A DNA stretch of 64,000 nucleotides from Christensenella sp. UBA6094 (GCA_002435915.1 DIWY01000001.1:324060-388059); one strand, 5' to 3'. Positions 34,777 to 46,203 are shown, counted from the stretch's first letter. Numbers and translations are program-made. The notes: generated by a model not told the origin, from the sequence alone.

Positions 34777-35601
34777 ATGAAAACTAAAAGAAGCGAACGC
34801 ATAGGCGCTATGATACGCATATTAACTGAAAATCCTAATACGCTGTATTCTTACCCTATTTTTTGTGAAATGTTCGGAGCTGCAAAATCATCTATAAGTG
34901 AGGACATTGCATCTATAAAGAGTATAATCGAAAAGTTCGGACTTGGTCAGGTGGAAACTGTAGCCGGCGCAGCAGGCGGTGTAAGATTTTTACAGAATAT
35001 TTCAGATGAAGACGCTCATAAATTCCTTCTGGAAATATGTGACAAACTTTCGAAAGAAGAAAGAATACTACCTGGCGATTTTGTATACACAGTTGATGTT
35101 CTATCTAACCCTAAGTATGTAAGTAAGATGAGCGAAATTCTTGCAACAAAACTAAGAAAGCTAGGAGCAGACTTTGTTATTACAGTTGAAACAAAGGGCA
35201 TACCTGTAGCTCTTATGACGGCAAAAAACTTAGGTATTCCACTTGTTATAGCAAGAAGGGACAATAAACTGTCAGAGGGTCCTGTAGTAACAATAAACTA
35301 TGAATCTGGATCTTCAAATAGGCTGCAAACAATGTCTGTAGCAAAAATGGCTATGAGTCAAGGTAAAAAAGCGCTTGTTATTGATGACTTCATGAAAGGC
35401 GGAGGAACTGTAAAAGGTATCTGTGGAATAATGAAAGAGTTTAACGTAACTATAGTGGGTGTTGGAGTAATTATCGCAACTGCTGAGCCAGAACAAAAGA
35501 ATATAAGTGATTATTATTCGCTTATTACAATGGATGGCATAGACAAAAATCATAATATTCCTATCTTAAGACCTACACAAAGTTTGAATATAACCATATA
35601 A
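34777..35601 (+). CDS. purR: Purine operon repressor
   Basis: KRSERIGAMIRILTENPN is the PurR N-domain. The PRT domain carries ALVIDDFMKGGGT. Confidence 0.9.
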   Translation: MKTKRSERIGAMIRILTENPNTLYSYPIFCEMFGAAKSSISEDIASIKSIIEKFGLGQVETVAGAAGGVRFLQNISDEDAHKFLLEICDKLSKEERILPGDFVYTVDVLSNPKYVSKMSEILATKLRKLGADFVITVETKGIPVALMTAKNLGIPLVIARRDNKLSEGPVVTINYESGSSNRLQTMSVAKMAMSQGKKALVIDDFMKGGGTVKGICGIMKEFNVTIVGVGVIIATAEPEQKNISDYYSLITMDGIDKNHNIPILRPTQSLNITI

Positions 35602-35708
35602 TATAGAATTTTACAAATTTTCATAATTTTTATTCAATAAAAGAAGGATGTTAGTGATTTTTAGAGAATTAATAAGTAGCTATTGTATTATTAAGGTGGT
35701 GTATCGTT

Positions 35709-35993
35709 TTGAATATTACTGACATTCGAATCCGCAAAATTGGCTCAGAGGGCAAAATGAAAGCGGTGGTCTCTGTTACTTTTGATGACGAATTCGTCGT
35801 TCACGACATGAAAATCATTGAAGGGCAGAGTGGTCTTTTCATTGCAATGCCAAGCAGAAAGACTCCGGATGGAGAGTACAAGGATATAGCACATCCTATA
35901 AACTCTACAACAAGAGAACAGCTGCAACAGATGATACTCGAGAAATATGCTCAAGTATTAGAAGAAGAAACAGCAGAAGTTGTAACAGCTTAG
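35709..35993 (+). CDS. spoVG: Septation/sporulation regulator SpoVG
   Basis: [11 protein letters not shown]...[48 protein letters not shown] start after AAGGTGG. Confidence 0.92.
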   Translation: MNITDIRIRKIGSEGKMKAVVSVTFDDEFVVHDMKIIEGQSGLFIAMPSRKTPDGEYKDIAHPINSTTREQLQQMILEKYAQVLEEETAEVVTA

Positions 35994-36012
35994 ACAATTA
36001 TGTATTTAAGGG

Positions 36013-36040
36013 AAGGGTAGTTTGTACTACCCTTTTTCTT
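36013..36040 (+). terminator. Terminator or attenuator after spoVG
   Basis: AAGGGTAG-TTTGTA-CTACCCTT followed by a T-run. Confidence 0.7.
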
Positions 36041-36099
36041 TTATTTAGCTTATAATAATTAAGAGATATTGAACAAAAAAATAGTTGAGAGGTTTGTTG

Positions 36100-37470
36100 A
36101 TGAATAATATATATACGTTAATTTTAGCTGCTGGAGTAGGTAAGAGAATGAAATCCAATACTCCAAAGATACTTCATGAAATATGCGGTAAAAGTATGAT
36201 TGACTACATACTGCAAAATGCAAGTGCACTAAGTAATCATAAACCTGTTATAGTAGTTGGACATGAGAAAGAACTGGTTATGAAGCGTTTAGAAGGCAAA
36301 GCAACTTTTGTTGTTCAGACAGAACAGTTAGGAACAGGGCATGCCGTTATGACTGCTAGAAAACATATTGAAGACAAAAAAGGTTATGTACTTATTATGG
36401 CAGGTGATATGCCACTTATTAAACAAGAAACATTGCTTGAACTTTATGATAAAATAAAAAATGAAGGAAGTCAGGCCTGCGTGCTTTCAGCTTATGCACA
36501 AAACCCCTTTGGTTATGGAAGGTTAATAATAAAAGGTGGCAATGTAACTAAAATCGTAGAAGAAAAAGATGCAACCGAGCAAGAAAGAAAGATAAAAGAA
36601 ATAAATACTGCGGTCTATTGTTTTAGCATTGATGCTCTAATTAAAGCGCTAGATAGACTTGAAAATAAGAATGCACAAGGTGAATATTATCTTACTGACT
36701 GTATCGAACTTATACAAAAAGATGGTGGGAAAATTTCGTACCATAGAGCGAGCGATGCTCAAGATGGTCTAGGAGTAAATGATAGAGAGCAACTAGCTTA
36801 TGCAAATACGATAATGCAAAAGCGTATTCTAAAGCAGCACATGTTAGGCGGCATAACAATAATTGATCCAAATAACACATACATAGACTCTGATGTAATA
36901 ATAGGGCATGACTCAGTTATATACCCAGGTAACTATATCAAAGTAGGCACTGTTATTGGCGAGCGTTGTGTGTTAAATGGTAGCAGCACAATAGAAAATA
37001 GCATAATAAAAGACGGAGTGCAGATTACAAGCTCAACAATAACAAATAGCGTTGTAGGTCATGATACAAAAGTAGGGCCGTATGCTTATTTGAGACCAGA
37101 TTCTAACATAGGCGCAAACTGCCGTATAGGAGATTATGTTGAGATAAAGAACTCGAGCATAGGCGATGGCACAAAAGTGTCTCACTTAACGTATATCGGA
37201 GATGCAAAAGTTGGATCTGGCTGCAATATAGGCTGTGGTACAGTTTTTGTAAATTACGACGGCAAGGATAAATACATTACAACTGTTGGCGATAATGTTT
37301 TCATTGGGTGTAATTCAAACCTTATAGCACCAGTTAAAGTTGGTTCTGGTGCTTATATAGCTGCTGGTTCAACAGTTACAGACGATGTTCCTGATAATGC
37401 TCTTTGTATAGCTCGTAGCAGGCAAACGGTTAAAGAGAACTGGGCAGAAGGTAAATTTGGAAAAAGATAA
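36100..37470 (+). CDS. glmU: Bifunctional UDP-N-acetylglucosamine pyrophosphorylase / glucosamine-1-phosphate N-acetyltransferase
   Basis: LILAAGVGKRMKS, the AGDMPL region and C-terminal left-handed beta-helix hexapeptide repeats. Confidence 0.92.
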   Translation: MNNIYTLILAAGVGKRMKSNTPKILHEICGKSMIDYILQNASALSNHKPVIVVGHEKELVMKRLEGKATFVVQTEQLGTGHAVMTARKHIEDKKGYVLIMAGDMPLIKQETLLELYDKIKNEGSQACVLSAYAQNPFGYGRLIIKGGNVTKIVEEKDATEQERKIKEINTAVYCFSIDALIKALDRLENKNAQGEYYLTDCIELIQKDGGKISYHRASDAQDGLGVNDREQLAYANTIMQKRILKQHMLGGITIIDPNNTYIDSDVIIGHDSVIYPGNYIKVGTVIGERCVLNGSSTIENSIIKDGVQITSSTITNSVVGHDTKVGPYAYLRPDSNIGANCRIGDYVEIKNSSIGDGTKVSHLTYIGDAKVGSGCNIGCGTVFVNYDGKDKYITTVGDNVFIGCNSNLIAPVKVGSGAYIAAGSTVTDDVPDNALCIARSRQTVKENWAEGKFGKR

Positions 37471-37495
37471 AACAATTTAGAGGAAGGCTTTAATA

Positions 37496-38215
37496 ATGCG
37501 TATAGATACTATTATGTTTGACTTGGATGGCACACTTCTTCCAATGAATGTGGAAGAGTTTAAAACAGCCTATTTCAAATCAATAAATTCTTTTATATAT
37601 GGATACTTGGGTGATATGAACTTTGCTGCAAACATGCAGCATGCGGTTGAGAAAATGCTAAAAGATAAAGATGGTAGTAATACAAACATGCAAAAGTTTA
37701 TATCATATTTTGATGAGGTTTCACCAGTTAAATATGATGTTTACAAACGTTATATTGATGATTATTACACTAGAGAGTTTGATAAGCTTTCTGTGCATAT
37801 CGTGAAAGAACCACTTGTAAAAATGATATTCACTGAGATTAAGAAAAAAGGATATAGGTTTATACTTGCATCCTCACCATTATTCCCGGAGAAAGCTATA
37901 GAAGTTCGCTTAAAATGGGCTGGGCTTAGTAAGAAAGACTTTGCGTTTATAACAAGTATAGAAAACATGCACTACCTAAAGCCTAACCTGGAATATTATA
38001 AGGAGATTCTTGCTGTTAATGATATAAACGAGGAATCTTGTATTATGGTTGGAAATGATATGGAGGAAGATCTTGTAGTAAGTGAGTTAGGTGTAAGCAC
38101 GTATTATCTTAATGAATATGGCATAAACAAAAATAATGCACGTATAGATTGCCCGCAAGGCACATATATTCAGTTTTATGAATGGGCAAAGGCATTACCA
38201 AATGTTAAGGGGTAA
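37496..38215 (+). CDS. HAD-superfamily hydrolase
   Basis: IMFDLDGTLL (motif I) and VGNDMEEDL (motif IV-like). Confidence 0.7.
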   Translation: MRIDTIMFDLDGTLLPMNVEEFKTAYFKSINSFIYGYLGDMNFAANMQHAVEKMLKDKDGSNTNMQKFISYFDEVSPVKYDVYKRYIDDYYTREFDKLSVHIVKEPLVKMIFTEIKKKGYRFILASSPLFPEKAIEVRLKWAGLSKKDFAFITSIENMHYLKPNLEYYKEILAVNDINEESCIMVGNDMEEDLVVSELGVSTYYLNEYGINKNNARIDCPQGTYIQFYEWAKALPNVKG

Positions 38216-38220
38216 ACAGT

Positions 38221-38814
38221 ATGTTTTTAGTTGTGGGTTTAGGTAATCCCGGAGAAAAATATGAGAATTTGAGGCACAATATTGGTTTTAAAGCAATTGA
38301 CTATCTTGCTAACCAATTAAATGTGCCTTTAAATAAGATTGGCTGCAAGGCAGTTTATGGATCCGTTATTATAAATGGTGAGAAGATTATATTAGCGAAA
38401 CCTCAGACGTACATGAATCTTTCGGGAGAAAGTGTGCTAGATCTGAGCAATTATTTTAAAGTTGAACTTGATAAAATAATTATTATATATGATGATATAG
38501 ATCTTAAAGCAGGCGATATACGCATAAGACCAAAAGGAAGTGCTGGGACTCATAACGGAATGAAGTCCATAATATATCAATTGCAAAGTGACTCTTTTAC
38601 AAGAGTACGCGTTGGTGTTTCTCCTCCGCCAGAAGGCTGGGATCTAAAAGACTATGTACTAAGCAAGTTTACCGAAGAAGAGAAAGACCAAATAGAAAAC
38701 TCGATAAAAGATGCAGCTGATGCTGTACAATTAATAATAAAAGATGGTGTTAGCGCAGCTCAGCAAGTGTATAATAAAAAGCCAGGCAAAAAAACAACAG
38801 AAAACATTGAATAA
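38221..38814 (+). CDS. pth: Peptidyl-tRNA hydrolase
   Basis: VVGLGNPGEKYENLRHNIGF and GTHNGMKSI. Confidence 0.92.
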   Translation: MFLVVGLGNPGEKYENLRHNIGFKAIDYLANQLNVPLNKIGCKAVYGSVIINGEKIILAKPQTYMNLSGESVLDLSNYFKVELDKIIIIYDDIDLKAGDIRIRPKGSAGTHNGMKSIIYQLQSDSFTRVRVGVSPPPEGWDLKDYVLSKFTEEEKDQIENSIKDAADAVQLIIKDGVSAAQQVYNKKPGKKTTENIE

Positions 38815-38865
38815 CAAGTTATTAGAATAACTTAAGTAAAAACGCAAAGGTGATGTATTTAATAG

Positions 38866-41800
38866 GTGTTATATGATGCACTAAAAGGTGTAAAGCAATA
38901 CAATGAATTACTTGATGCAGTACGGGGAGGCGGCGTTTCCTCGGTTTTTGGCGTTCCAGAAAGTGCAAGACCACACTTTAGCGCTGCACTATTAAACGAT
39001 ACAGACAGACCAATTTTATATATCACACATAACAGAATGCAAGCTCAGAGTGCCTATGAAGATTTTAACGAGCTAATTGGTGATGGCGTATATATGCTAC
39101 CATCTAGAGAGCCTTTTTTGCATGGTACTGATGCAAACGAAAGAGAAGTATCATCAAAAAGAGCCGCTGCACTTTCTGCTATTCTACAAAAAACAGCAAA
39201 AGTTGTTGTTGCTAGCATAGATGCTATTCAGATAAGGACTGCACCAGCCGAGGTGTTTGAGAAAAATGTACTATTACTAAAAATAGCTGAAGAACATGAC
39301 ACACGAAAATTAATCAGAGCGCTTATAGATATGGGATACACAAGAGAAGACGTAGTAGACAGGGAAGGACAGTTTGCTACAAGAGGCGGTATAATAGATA
39401 TATTCTGTCCAGGAGAAGAAAACCCATATAGGCTTGAGTTCTTTGGAGACGAAATAGATACAATAAGATGCTTTTCACCCGAAACGCAAAGAAGCGTTGG
39501 GGATGTAGATAGCATAAGCATTTATCCTGCAACAGATATTCTGCTAGATATAGAAAACAATAAAGAACAATATATTAAGGCTGTTGATAAAGAGCTTAAG
39601 TCCGTTAAACAAGAATTCATTAAAGAGATTGGGTATGCAAACTTAATAAAGATAAAGACATCTTTAGAAGAAGGTAATCAAACAGAAAATGCTCTTAATT
39701 ATCTGCAATTGTTTTATCCTGAGCGTAGTTGTGCACTTGATTTTATTTCAGATGATGCGCTAATTATCATGGATGAGACAGTGAGCGTTTTTAATGCCGC
39801 TAAGGCAAAAGAAGATCAGTTTATAGAAGATTATAAGTATGCGCTAACAAAAGGACATACGACAAAAAACACTGCACATTTCTACATAGATATACAAGAG
39901 ATATTTTATGATATTTCCGATAGAAGAACCGTATGTTTTAAATTCATTACTGGAGCAGAAAAAGGGTTGAGTGCTACGCATCTATTTAAATTCGATGCAA
40001 ATGGTGCAACATTGTATGGCGGAAACATACAGCTTTTAGCCGAAGACCTTAAATACTATAAAACTAAAAAGTATAGGACTATGCTACTGTGCGGGGCAGC
40101 AGAGCGAGCAAAGAGACTGCAAAAAGAGCTTCTTGCACTTGATCTGGAGACGGTTTATTACGATAAAGAGGTTAGCTTATCTCAAGGGCAGATAGCTTTA
40201 ACGGCAGGCACATTATCTAAAGGCTTTGAGTACAGAGATGCAGGCTTTGTTGTGCTCACTCCAAAGGATATATTTGGTGTAAACAAGAAAAAAGCAGTAA
40301 GCAGAGCAAAAGTTAAAACAGACGAAAACATATTTGCTCAGATAAAACCTGGAGATTATATTGTGCACCAGAACCATGGTATTGCGCTTTTTGAAGGAGT
40401 TAAAAAACGGATAGTCGATGGGGCGTATAGAGATTTTTTTGTGCTGAAATACTTGGGTTCGGATAGGCTGTATATTCCTGCTGAGCAAATGGACAAAGTA
40501 CAAAAGTATATGGGCGGCGGAGACAGAACACCAAAGTTAAATAAGCTAGGCAGTTCTGACTGGGACAAGACAAAGAGCAGAGTTCGCGCTTCGCTTAAAG
40601 AGCTTGCATACGATCTTGCTAAACTATATGCATACAGGCAAGAAGAAGGCGGGCATGCTTTCCCAGCAGATACTATGTGGCAAGCAGAGTTTGAGCAAAA
40701 CTTCCCATATGAAGAAACGCCAGATCAGTTGATTTGCATACAAGACATGAAAGCGGACATGGAGTCTAAGAGGATAATGGATAGGCTCATATGTGGCGAT
40801 GTCGGCTATGGCAAGACTGAAGTAGCTCTAAGAGGAGCATTTAAAGCTGTTATGGATTCAAAGCAGGTTGCATTTTTAGCGCCAACGACCATACTGGCAC
40901 AGCAACACTACAATACTTTGGTTGAGCGTATGCAAGGTTTCCCTATTAAAGTAGATGTGCTTTCAAGGTTTAAATCTAAAAAAGAACAGCAGGCAATAAT
41001 ACAGAAGCTCAAAAGCGGAGAGCTGGATGTTGTTGTTGGTACACATAGATTGCTTGGTAAGGATATAAAGTTTAAAGATCTTGGCTTATTAATTGTGGAT
41101 GAAGAACAAAGATTTGGTGTATCTCACAAAGAGCAGATTAAGAACATAAAAAAAGCTGTAGATGTTCTTACACTATCTGCAACGCCAATACCTAGAACAC
41201 TCCATATGTCACTATTAGGAATAAGAGATATGAGCGTAATAAAAACACCGCCAGAAGAGCGTTTTCCAGTTAATACTTACATAATGGAATATGACATAAC
41301 CGTTGTTAAGGATGCAATATATAGAGAAGTAGCAAGAGGCGGTCAGGTATACTTTGTTTATAACAACGTAGCTAATATGGATAAAATGATGATAAAGCTA
41401 AAAGAAGAGATGCCAGAAGTTAGCTTTGCTATGGCCCATGGACAAATGAACGAGACAATGCTTGAAAAGGTTATGATGGATTTTTACAATGGAGAGCAAG
41501 ATGTTCTTATTTGTAGTACGATAATAGAATCTGGTCTTGATATACCGAATGTTAATACACTTATTGTGTATAACGCAGATAGACTTGGACTATCACAGCT
41601 CTATCAATTAAGAGGGCGAGTTGGTAGATCCAACAAAATGGCGTATGCGTATATAACGTATTTGAAAGATAAAGTGCTCTCGGAGATCGCCCAAAAAAGA
41701 CTTGTTGCAATGCGTGAGTTTACTGATTTTGGTGCAGGGTTTAAACTCTCTATGCGCGATCTTGAAATTCGAGGCGCAGGCAATATTCTTGGCCCTGAAC

Positions 41801-42366
41801 AGCATGGGCATATGCACGATGTCGGTTATGACATGTACTGCAAGCTTATGAAGGAAGCAGTTGAGGATGTAAAAAACGAAGAGCAGAATATCATCGAAGT
41901 AGAAACGACTGTAGACGTAAAAGAAGAAGCGTATATACCTGATAAATACATTGCTAGCCAGCAGGTACGCATTGACATGTACAAGAGAATTGCTGGAGCG
42001 CAAAACGAAGATGATATACGAGATATACTGGATGAGCTAATAGATAGATTTGGGGATGTTCCTAAGCCAATAATAAATCTATTGCATATATCTGTGCTGA
42101 AAAATAAAGCACAACAAATACTCATTACAAGCATTACCGTTAAAGAAGATTTTATAAATATAAAATTTCATCAGAGCACGCCAATAGACTTAGGAAAATT
42201 AGTGGAGCTTGCAAATGAAGATAATAATATTACAATTCTATCTGGCGAAGCACCAAGCATACTATACAAATTAAAAGGCAAATATAAGCCAAAACTCACA
42301 AGAGAAAATGCCGAAGATTTGTTAAAAACAATCTACACGCGTTGTTTGCGAAACGAGCAAGAATAA
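38866..42366 (+). CDS. mfd: Transcription-repair coupling factor
   Basis: 1166 aa. The CarD-like RID is GDYIVHQNHGIALFEG. Helicase motifs include GDVGYGKTEVA, DEEQRFGV and the TRG region. Confidence 0.93.
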   Translation: MLYDALKGVKQYNELLDAVRGGGVSSVFGVPESARPHFSAALLNDTDRPILYITHNRMQAQSAYEDFNELIGDGVYMLPSREPFLHGTDANEREVSSKRAAALSAILQKTAKVVVASIDAIQIRTAPAEVFEKNVLLLKIAEEHDTRKLIRALIDMGYTREDVVDREGQFATRGGIIDIFCPGEENPYRLEFFGDEIDTIRCFSPETQRSVGDVDSISIYPATDILLDIENNKEQYIKAVDKELKSVKQEFIKEIGYANLIKIKTSLEEGNQTENALNYLQLFYPERSCALDFISDDALIIMDETVSVFNAAKAKEDQFIEDYKYALTKGHTTKNTAHFYIDIQEIFYDISDRRTVCFKFITGAEKGLSATHLFKFDANGATLYGGNIQLLAEDLKYYKTKKYRTMLLCGAAERAKRLQKELLALDLETVYYDKEVSLSQGQIALTAGTLSKGFEYRDAGFVVLTPKDIFGVNKKKAVSRAKVKTDENIFAQIKPGDYIVHQNHGIALFEGVKKRIVDGAYRDFFVLKYLGSDRLYIPAEQMDKVQKYMGGGDRTPKLNKLGSSDWDKTKSRVRASLKELAYDLAKLYAYRQEEGGHAFPADTMWQAEFEQNFPYEETPDQLICIQDMKADMESKRIMDRLICGDVGYGKTEVALRGAFKAVMDSKQVAFLAPTTILAQQHYNTLVERMQGFPIKVDVLSRFKSKKEQQAIIQKLKSGELDVVVGTHRLLGKDIKFKDLGLLIVDEEQRFGVSHKEQIKNIKKAVDVLTLSATPIPRTLHMSLLGIRDMSVIKTPPEERFPVNTYIMEYDITVVKDAIYREVARGGQVYFVYNNVANMDKMMIKLKEEMPEVSFAMAHGQMNETMLEKVMMDFYNGEQDVLICSTIIESGLDIPNVNTLIVYNADRLGLSQLYQLRGRVGRSNKMAYAYITYLKDKVLSEIAQKRLVAMREFTDFGAGFKLSMRDLEIRGAGNILGPEQHGHMHDVGYDMYCKLMKEAVEDVKNEEQNIIEVETTVDVKEEAYIPDKYIASQQVRIDMYKRIAGAQNEDDIRDILDELIDRFGDVPKPIINLLHISVLKNKAQQILITSITVKEDFINIKFHQSTPIDLGKLVELANEDNNITILSGEAPSILYKLKGKYKPKLTRENAEDLLKTIYTRCLRNEQE

Positions 42367-42407
42367 AGTATAATTAACGAGTCTAAAAACCTAGGAGGAA
42401 GATTATC

Positions 42408-43712
42408 TTGAAAATACAACTTAAGAAAATATTAGCGGTGTGCACATGCACTGCACTTATCTTTACGAGTGGATGTTCAATTGTTACTGTTAATTCGGAT
42501 AGAGATGCAAATCAGGTTGTTGCTGTTGTTGGCGACACAGAAATAACCAAAAAAGAAGTTTTGGCAAGGTATCAATCCGTTGCAGATCAGTACGGGATAA
42601 CTAGTGCAACAACGGGTGCAGATGACATAATAAAACAATTAAAGAAAAGTACGCTTGATTCAATGATAGAAAGCGAAGTAATATGGCAAAAAGCTCAAGA
42701 AAAAGATCTGGAACAGCAACTTAGCGCTGAGAAAAAAGCTTCACTTGAGAAAGATTATGATACAGCTATTGCTTATCTGCAATCAGAGTATGTAACTCAG
42801 AGTGCTACTAGCACAGCTACCACAACAGCCACTCCGGATGCAACAGCTTCTCTTAGTCCTTCAGCGCAAGTAGATGCAGATGCGTATATTGATGCACGTT
42901 TGGCTGAATTCGGCTTTACAAGAGCAAGTTATAAAAAGTATCTTTATACAAGTGAGTACAGTACTATGCTACAAGCTCAAGTTGAAGCTGAGATAACAGA
43001 CATAAGCGAGGAAGACTTAAAAAAAGCTTATGATACTGAACTAGAAACGCAAAAAACAGCTTTTGATAAAGCAGAAGAACCAACGGCTACAAGCACCACC
43101 GCGAGCACATCAACAACATCTTACGAAAGCTATGTGGAAGATGGTAAAGTAGTAGTATATGTTCCAAGTGGGCTTGCTTACTATAAGCATATACTTATTA
43201 AAATAACAGATGCAGCGAAAGCGAAAATTGACGCGGTCGATTCTGAGAACTTAACTGATGATGATAAAGAAGCAAAAGTCGCGACACTCACAGAGCAAGC
43301 GTTTGCAGAAATAAAATCTAAAGCTGACGAAGCTCTAAAGAAAGTAAAAGCTGGCGAAGATTTTGATACACTGATGGCAGCATACGGAGAAGACCCTGGC
43401 ATGCAAAGTGGAACAACAAAAGATACTGGTTATCTAGTAGGACTGCAATCCAGTTATGTGGATGAATTTAAGAATGCTAGTCTTGCACTTGCAAACGTAG
43501 GAGATACAACAGAACTTGTAAAGAGCGAATTTGGATATCATATAATTAAAAAAGTTTCAGTACTGACACCTGGAACAATACCATATGAACAAGTAAAGGA
43601 TGCGCTGAAAGTACAAGAGCTGGCAACGAAAAAAACAGAGCATTGGGACAGCACACTTGAGGATTGGAAAACTGAATTAAAAGTAACTGTTTCTTACGAT
43701 AAAATATATTAA
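42408..43712 (+). CDS. Lipoprotein peptidyl-prolyl isomerase (PrsA/SurA-like, parvulin domain) with Thr/Ala/Ser-rich linkers
   Basis: Lipobox LIFTSGC and parvulin motif SEFGYHIIK. TTG start after AGGAGG. Confidence 0.8.
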   Translation: MKIQLKKILAVCTCTALIFTSGCSIVTVNSDRDANQVVAVVGDTEITKKEVLARYQSVADQYGITSATTGADDIIKQLKKSTLDSMIESEVIWQKAQEKDLEQQLSAEKKASLEKDYDTAIAYLQSEYVTQSATSTATTTATPDATASLSPSAQVDADAYIDARLAEFGFTRASYKKYLYTSEYSTMLQAQVEAEITDISEEDLKKAYDTELETQKTAFDKAEEPTATSTTASTSTTSYESYVEDGKVVVYVPSGLAYYKHILIKITDAAKAKIDAVDSENLTDDDKEAKVATLTEQAFAEIKSKADEALKKVKAGEDFDTLMAAYGEDPGMQSGTTKDTGYLVGLQSSYVDEFKNASLALANVGDTTELVKSEFGYHIIKKVSVLTPGTIPYEQVKDALKVQELATKKTEHWDSTLEDWKTELKVTVSYDKIY

Positions 43713-43729
43713 AAGAGAAATTTGACCTG

Positions 43730-43765
43730 ATACGGCTTAGTTTACTAGGCCGTATTTATTTTTTG
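43730..43765 (+). terminator. Intrinsic terminator
   Basis: ATACGGCTTAG-TTTA-CTAGGCCGTAT followed by a T-rich tract. Confidence 0.75.
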
Positions 43766-43862
43766 TATAAAGTGGGATTTTTTACAAGGGAACAAATGAA
43801 TAAAATGGAAAGTCGAACAAATACTAAATTACAAATGAACAGTTTAACTAAGGAGGAGACGT

Positions 43863-44414
43863 ATGAAGGCGACGGGTATTGTTAGGCGAATAGATGAATT
43901 AGGTAGGGTAGTCATACCAAAAGAGATTAGAAGGACATTAAGGATACGCGAAGGAGACCCACTTGAGATATTTACAGATAGAGATGGCGAGGTTATATTA
44001 AAGAAGTACTCTCCAATAGGTGAGTTAGGCGATTTTGCGCAGGAGTATGCAGAGTCTCTGTTCCAGTCGCTAGGGCATATTACTATTATATGCGATAAAG
44101 ATGCAGTTATCGCTGTTGCAGGCGCAAGCAAAAAGGAGCATTTGGATAGGGCCATAAGCCCAGATATAGAAGAACTTATGGAGTCTAGAAAAAAAGTAGC
44201 AGCGAACAAATCCCAAGGAGGAAAACTGTTTAGTATTTACGGACAAGATGCAGCAGATTATACATCGCAAGTAATTGTACCTATATTATCTGAAGGCGAC
44301 GTAATTGGCGCGGTTATGATGATTTCAAAAGATGCATCTACAACTATGGGCGATACGGAACTTAAAGTTGTTGAGACCGCAGCCAGCTTTGTTGGCAAGC
44401 AAATGGAGCAATAA
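43863..44414 (+). CDS. spoVT: Stage V sporulation protein T (AbrB-family regulator with GAF-like C-domain)
   Basis: MKATGIVRRIDELGRVVIPKEIRRTLRIREGDPLEIF. Confidence 0.9.
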   Translation: MKATGIVRRIDELGRVVIPKEIRRTLRIREGDPLEIFTDRDGEVILKKYSPIGELGDFAQEYAESLFQSLGHITIICDKDAVIAVAGASKKEHLDRAISPDIEELMESRKKVAANKSQGGKLFSIYGQDAADYTSQVIVPILSEGDVIGAVMMISKDASTTMGDTELKVVETAASFVGKQMEQ

Positions 44415-44450
44415 TATTTAGATTATTAGCAATAATATTTTATCTGTTCA

Positions 44451-44481
44451 AGCAATGCACATATGTGCGTTGCTTTTTTTT
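44451..44481 (+). terminator. Intrinsic terminator after spoVT
   Basis: AGCAATGCACA-T-ATGTGCGTTGCT followed by TTTTTTTT. Confidence 0.75.
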
Positions 44482-44598
44482 ATAAAGTATTATATTATGT
44501 GCAAGCGTGACCAATAATTGTTTTGAATATAAGGTATTTTTAGGTAAATAATCTGTTATAATGTTATGTATACATATTTTGGAGGCAATAATTAATTT

Positions 44599-46203
44599 AT
44601 GGATAAAAAAACGTTTGTTAGAGGGGCCGCAATACTAGGTATAGTAGGTTTATTAGTGCGTGTCATTGGTGCCTTTTATAGAATACCGCTTACAAATATT
44701 ATACAAACAAAAGGCATGGCCATATATTCCGTTGGCTTTGCTATTTATTCGTATCTGGTTGTAATTTCTACTTCAGGTATACCAACAGCAATATCCAAAC
44801 TTGTTGCCGAAAAAGTATCCTTGGGCGATTACCGCGGAGCTCATAAGATATTCCAAGTTGCTTTTAAAATACTACTAATCATTGGAACGGTAACTAGCAT
44901 AATCGTGTTTTTTGGACATGATTTTTTCGCACTGGTATTAGGAGACGAACTAGCCTCTTTTTCTATACAAGTAATTGCACCATCTTTGTTCTTTGTATCG
45001 GCGATCTCTGCCTACAGAGGCTATTTCCAAGGCTTGCAGATGATGGCGCCTACAGCTGTTTCTCAGCTGATTGAACAAATAGGCAAGCTGGTTATTGGTC
45101 TTTATTTAGCACAATTATGGCTCACAGATGGTCTTGAATACGCAGCAGGCGGAGCACTTCTTGGTGTTACACTAAGTGAAGTTGCTGCTCTTATACTACT
45201 TGTTGGTATGTATAATAGAAAAAAAGGCGAGATAAAGCTCAACATACAATCTTCCACACGTAGCACACCTCTTTCATTTAAATCAGCAGCAAAAAAGCTG
45301 GCACAAATGGCTATTCCTGTTACGATAGGTGCATCTATCACTCCAATGATGGCTGTTATAGATGCTTCAATGATACAAAGAAGGCTTATATCCTCTGGTA
45401 TAGAAGCAGAAACTGCAAGGACTATGTACGGCACACTCAGCGGTCCGGTAAACACATTAGTAAATATGCCTGCAATTTTAACGATAAGTATCGCGATCAG
45501 CCTAGTACCTGCGATATCTCAGTCGCTGGCTAGCCGCAATTATAAAGAAATAAGAGATAAAACAAGTATGGGGCTTAAGCTGTCTGTACTTATTGGGTTG
45601 CCTTGCGCAGTTGGGTTATATGTTCTTGCAGAGCCCATAATCAGACTTTTGTATGGTGCATCAGATGTTGACATTACTATGGCAGCAAATCTGTTAAAGA
45701 CTTCTTCATTTGGACTTTTTTCGCTCTCACTTGTTCAGTCTATGACTGGCGTACTGCAAGGGCTAGGAAGACCGATGACTCCGGTAAAAAATCTTTTTGC
45801 TGGGTCTATATTCAAAATAGTTGTATCGTATATATTGCTAGGGATACCTGTATTCAATATTTTCGGAGCTAACATCGGTACAGTTGCATGTTACACAGTT
45901 GCAGCTCTACTGAATATATTTTATGTTAAACGAATCACGCATATTAAACTTGAATTTGGGAATATGTTTATAAAACCTGTTGTAAGCGTAGCACTTATGG
46001 GCGTAGCGGTTACATTTGCTTATGGCCTGCTATCTGCTCGTTTTGGTGTAGTAATATCCACTTTGGCAAGCGTTACAGTAGGTGGAGTGATATACATCGT
46101 GTCAATAATGCTTACAGGGGCCATTAAGAAGAGCGATATGGATTTTATTCCTGGAGGCGGTAAAATAACATCACTAATGTACGCTCTGCATCTTTGGAAG
46201 TAG
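44599..46203 (+). CDS. MOP-superfamily flippase (YabM / SpoVB / MurJ-like polysaccharide biosynthesis protein)
   Basis: 534 aa, about 14 TM. Its position after spoVT and before yabN matches Bacillus yabM. Confidence 0.8.
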   Translation: MDKKTFVRGAAILGIVGLLVRVIGAFYRIPLTNIIQTKGMAIYSVGFAIYSYLVVISTSGIPTAISKLVAEKVSLGDYRGAHKIFQVAFKILLIIGTVTSIIVFFGHDFFALVLGDELASFSIQVIAPSLFFVSAISAYRGYFQGLQMMAPTAVSQLIEQIGKLVIGLYLAQLWLTDGLEYAAGGALLGVTLSEVAALILLVGMYNRKKGEIKLNIQSSTRSTPLSFKSAAKKLAQMAIPVTIGASITPMMAVIDASMIQRRLISSGIEAETARTMYGTLSGPVNTLVNMPAILTISIAISLVPAISQSLASRNYKEIRDKTSMGLKLSVLIGLPCAVGLYVLAEPIIRLLYGASDVDITMAANLLKTSSFGLFSLSLVQSMTGVLQGLGRPMTPVKNLFAGSIFKIVVSYILLGIPVFNIFGANIGTVACYTVAALLNIFYVKRITHIKLEFGNMFIKPVVSVALMGVAVTFAYGLLSARFGVVISTLASVTVGGVIYIVSIMLTGAIKKSDMDFIPGGGKITSLMYALHLWK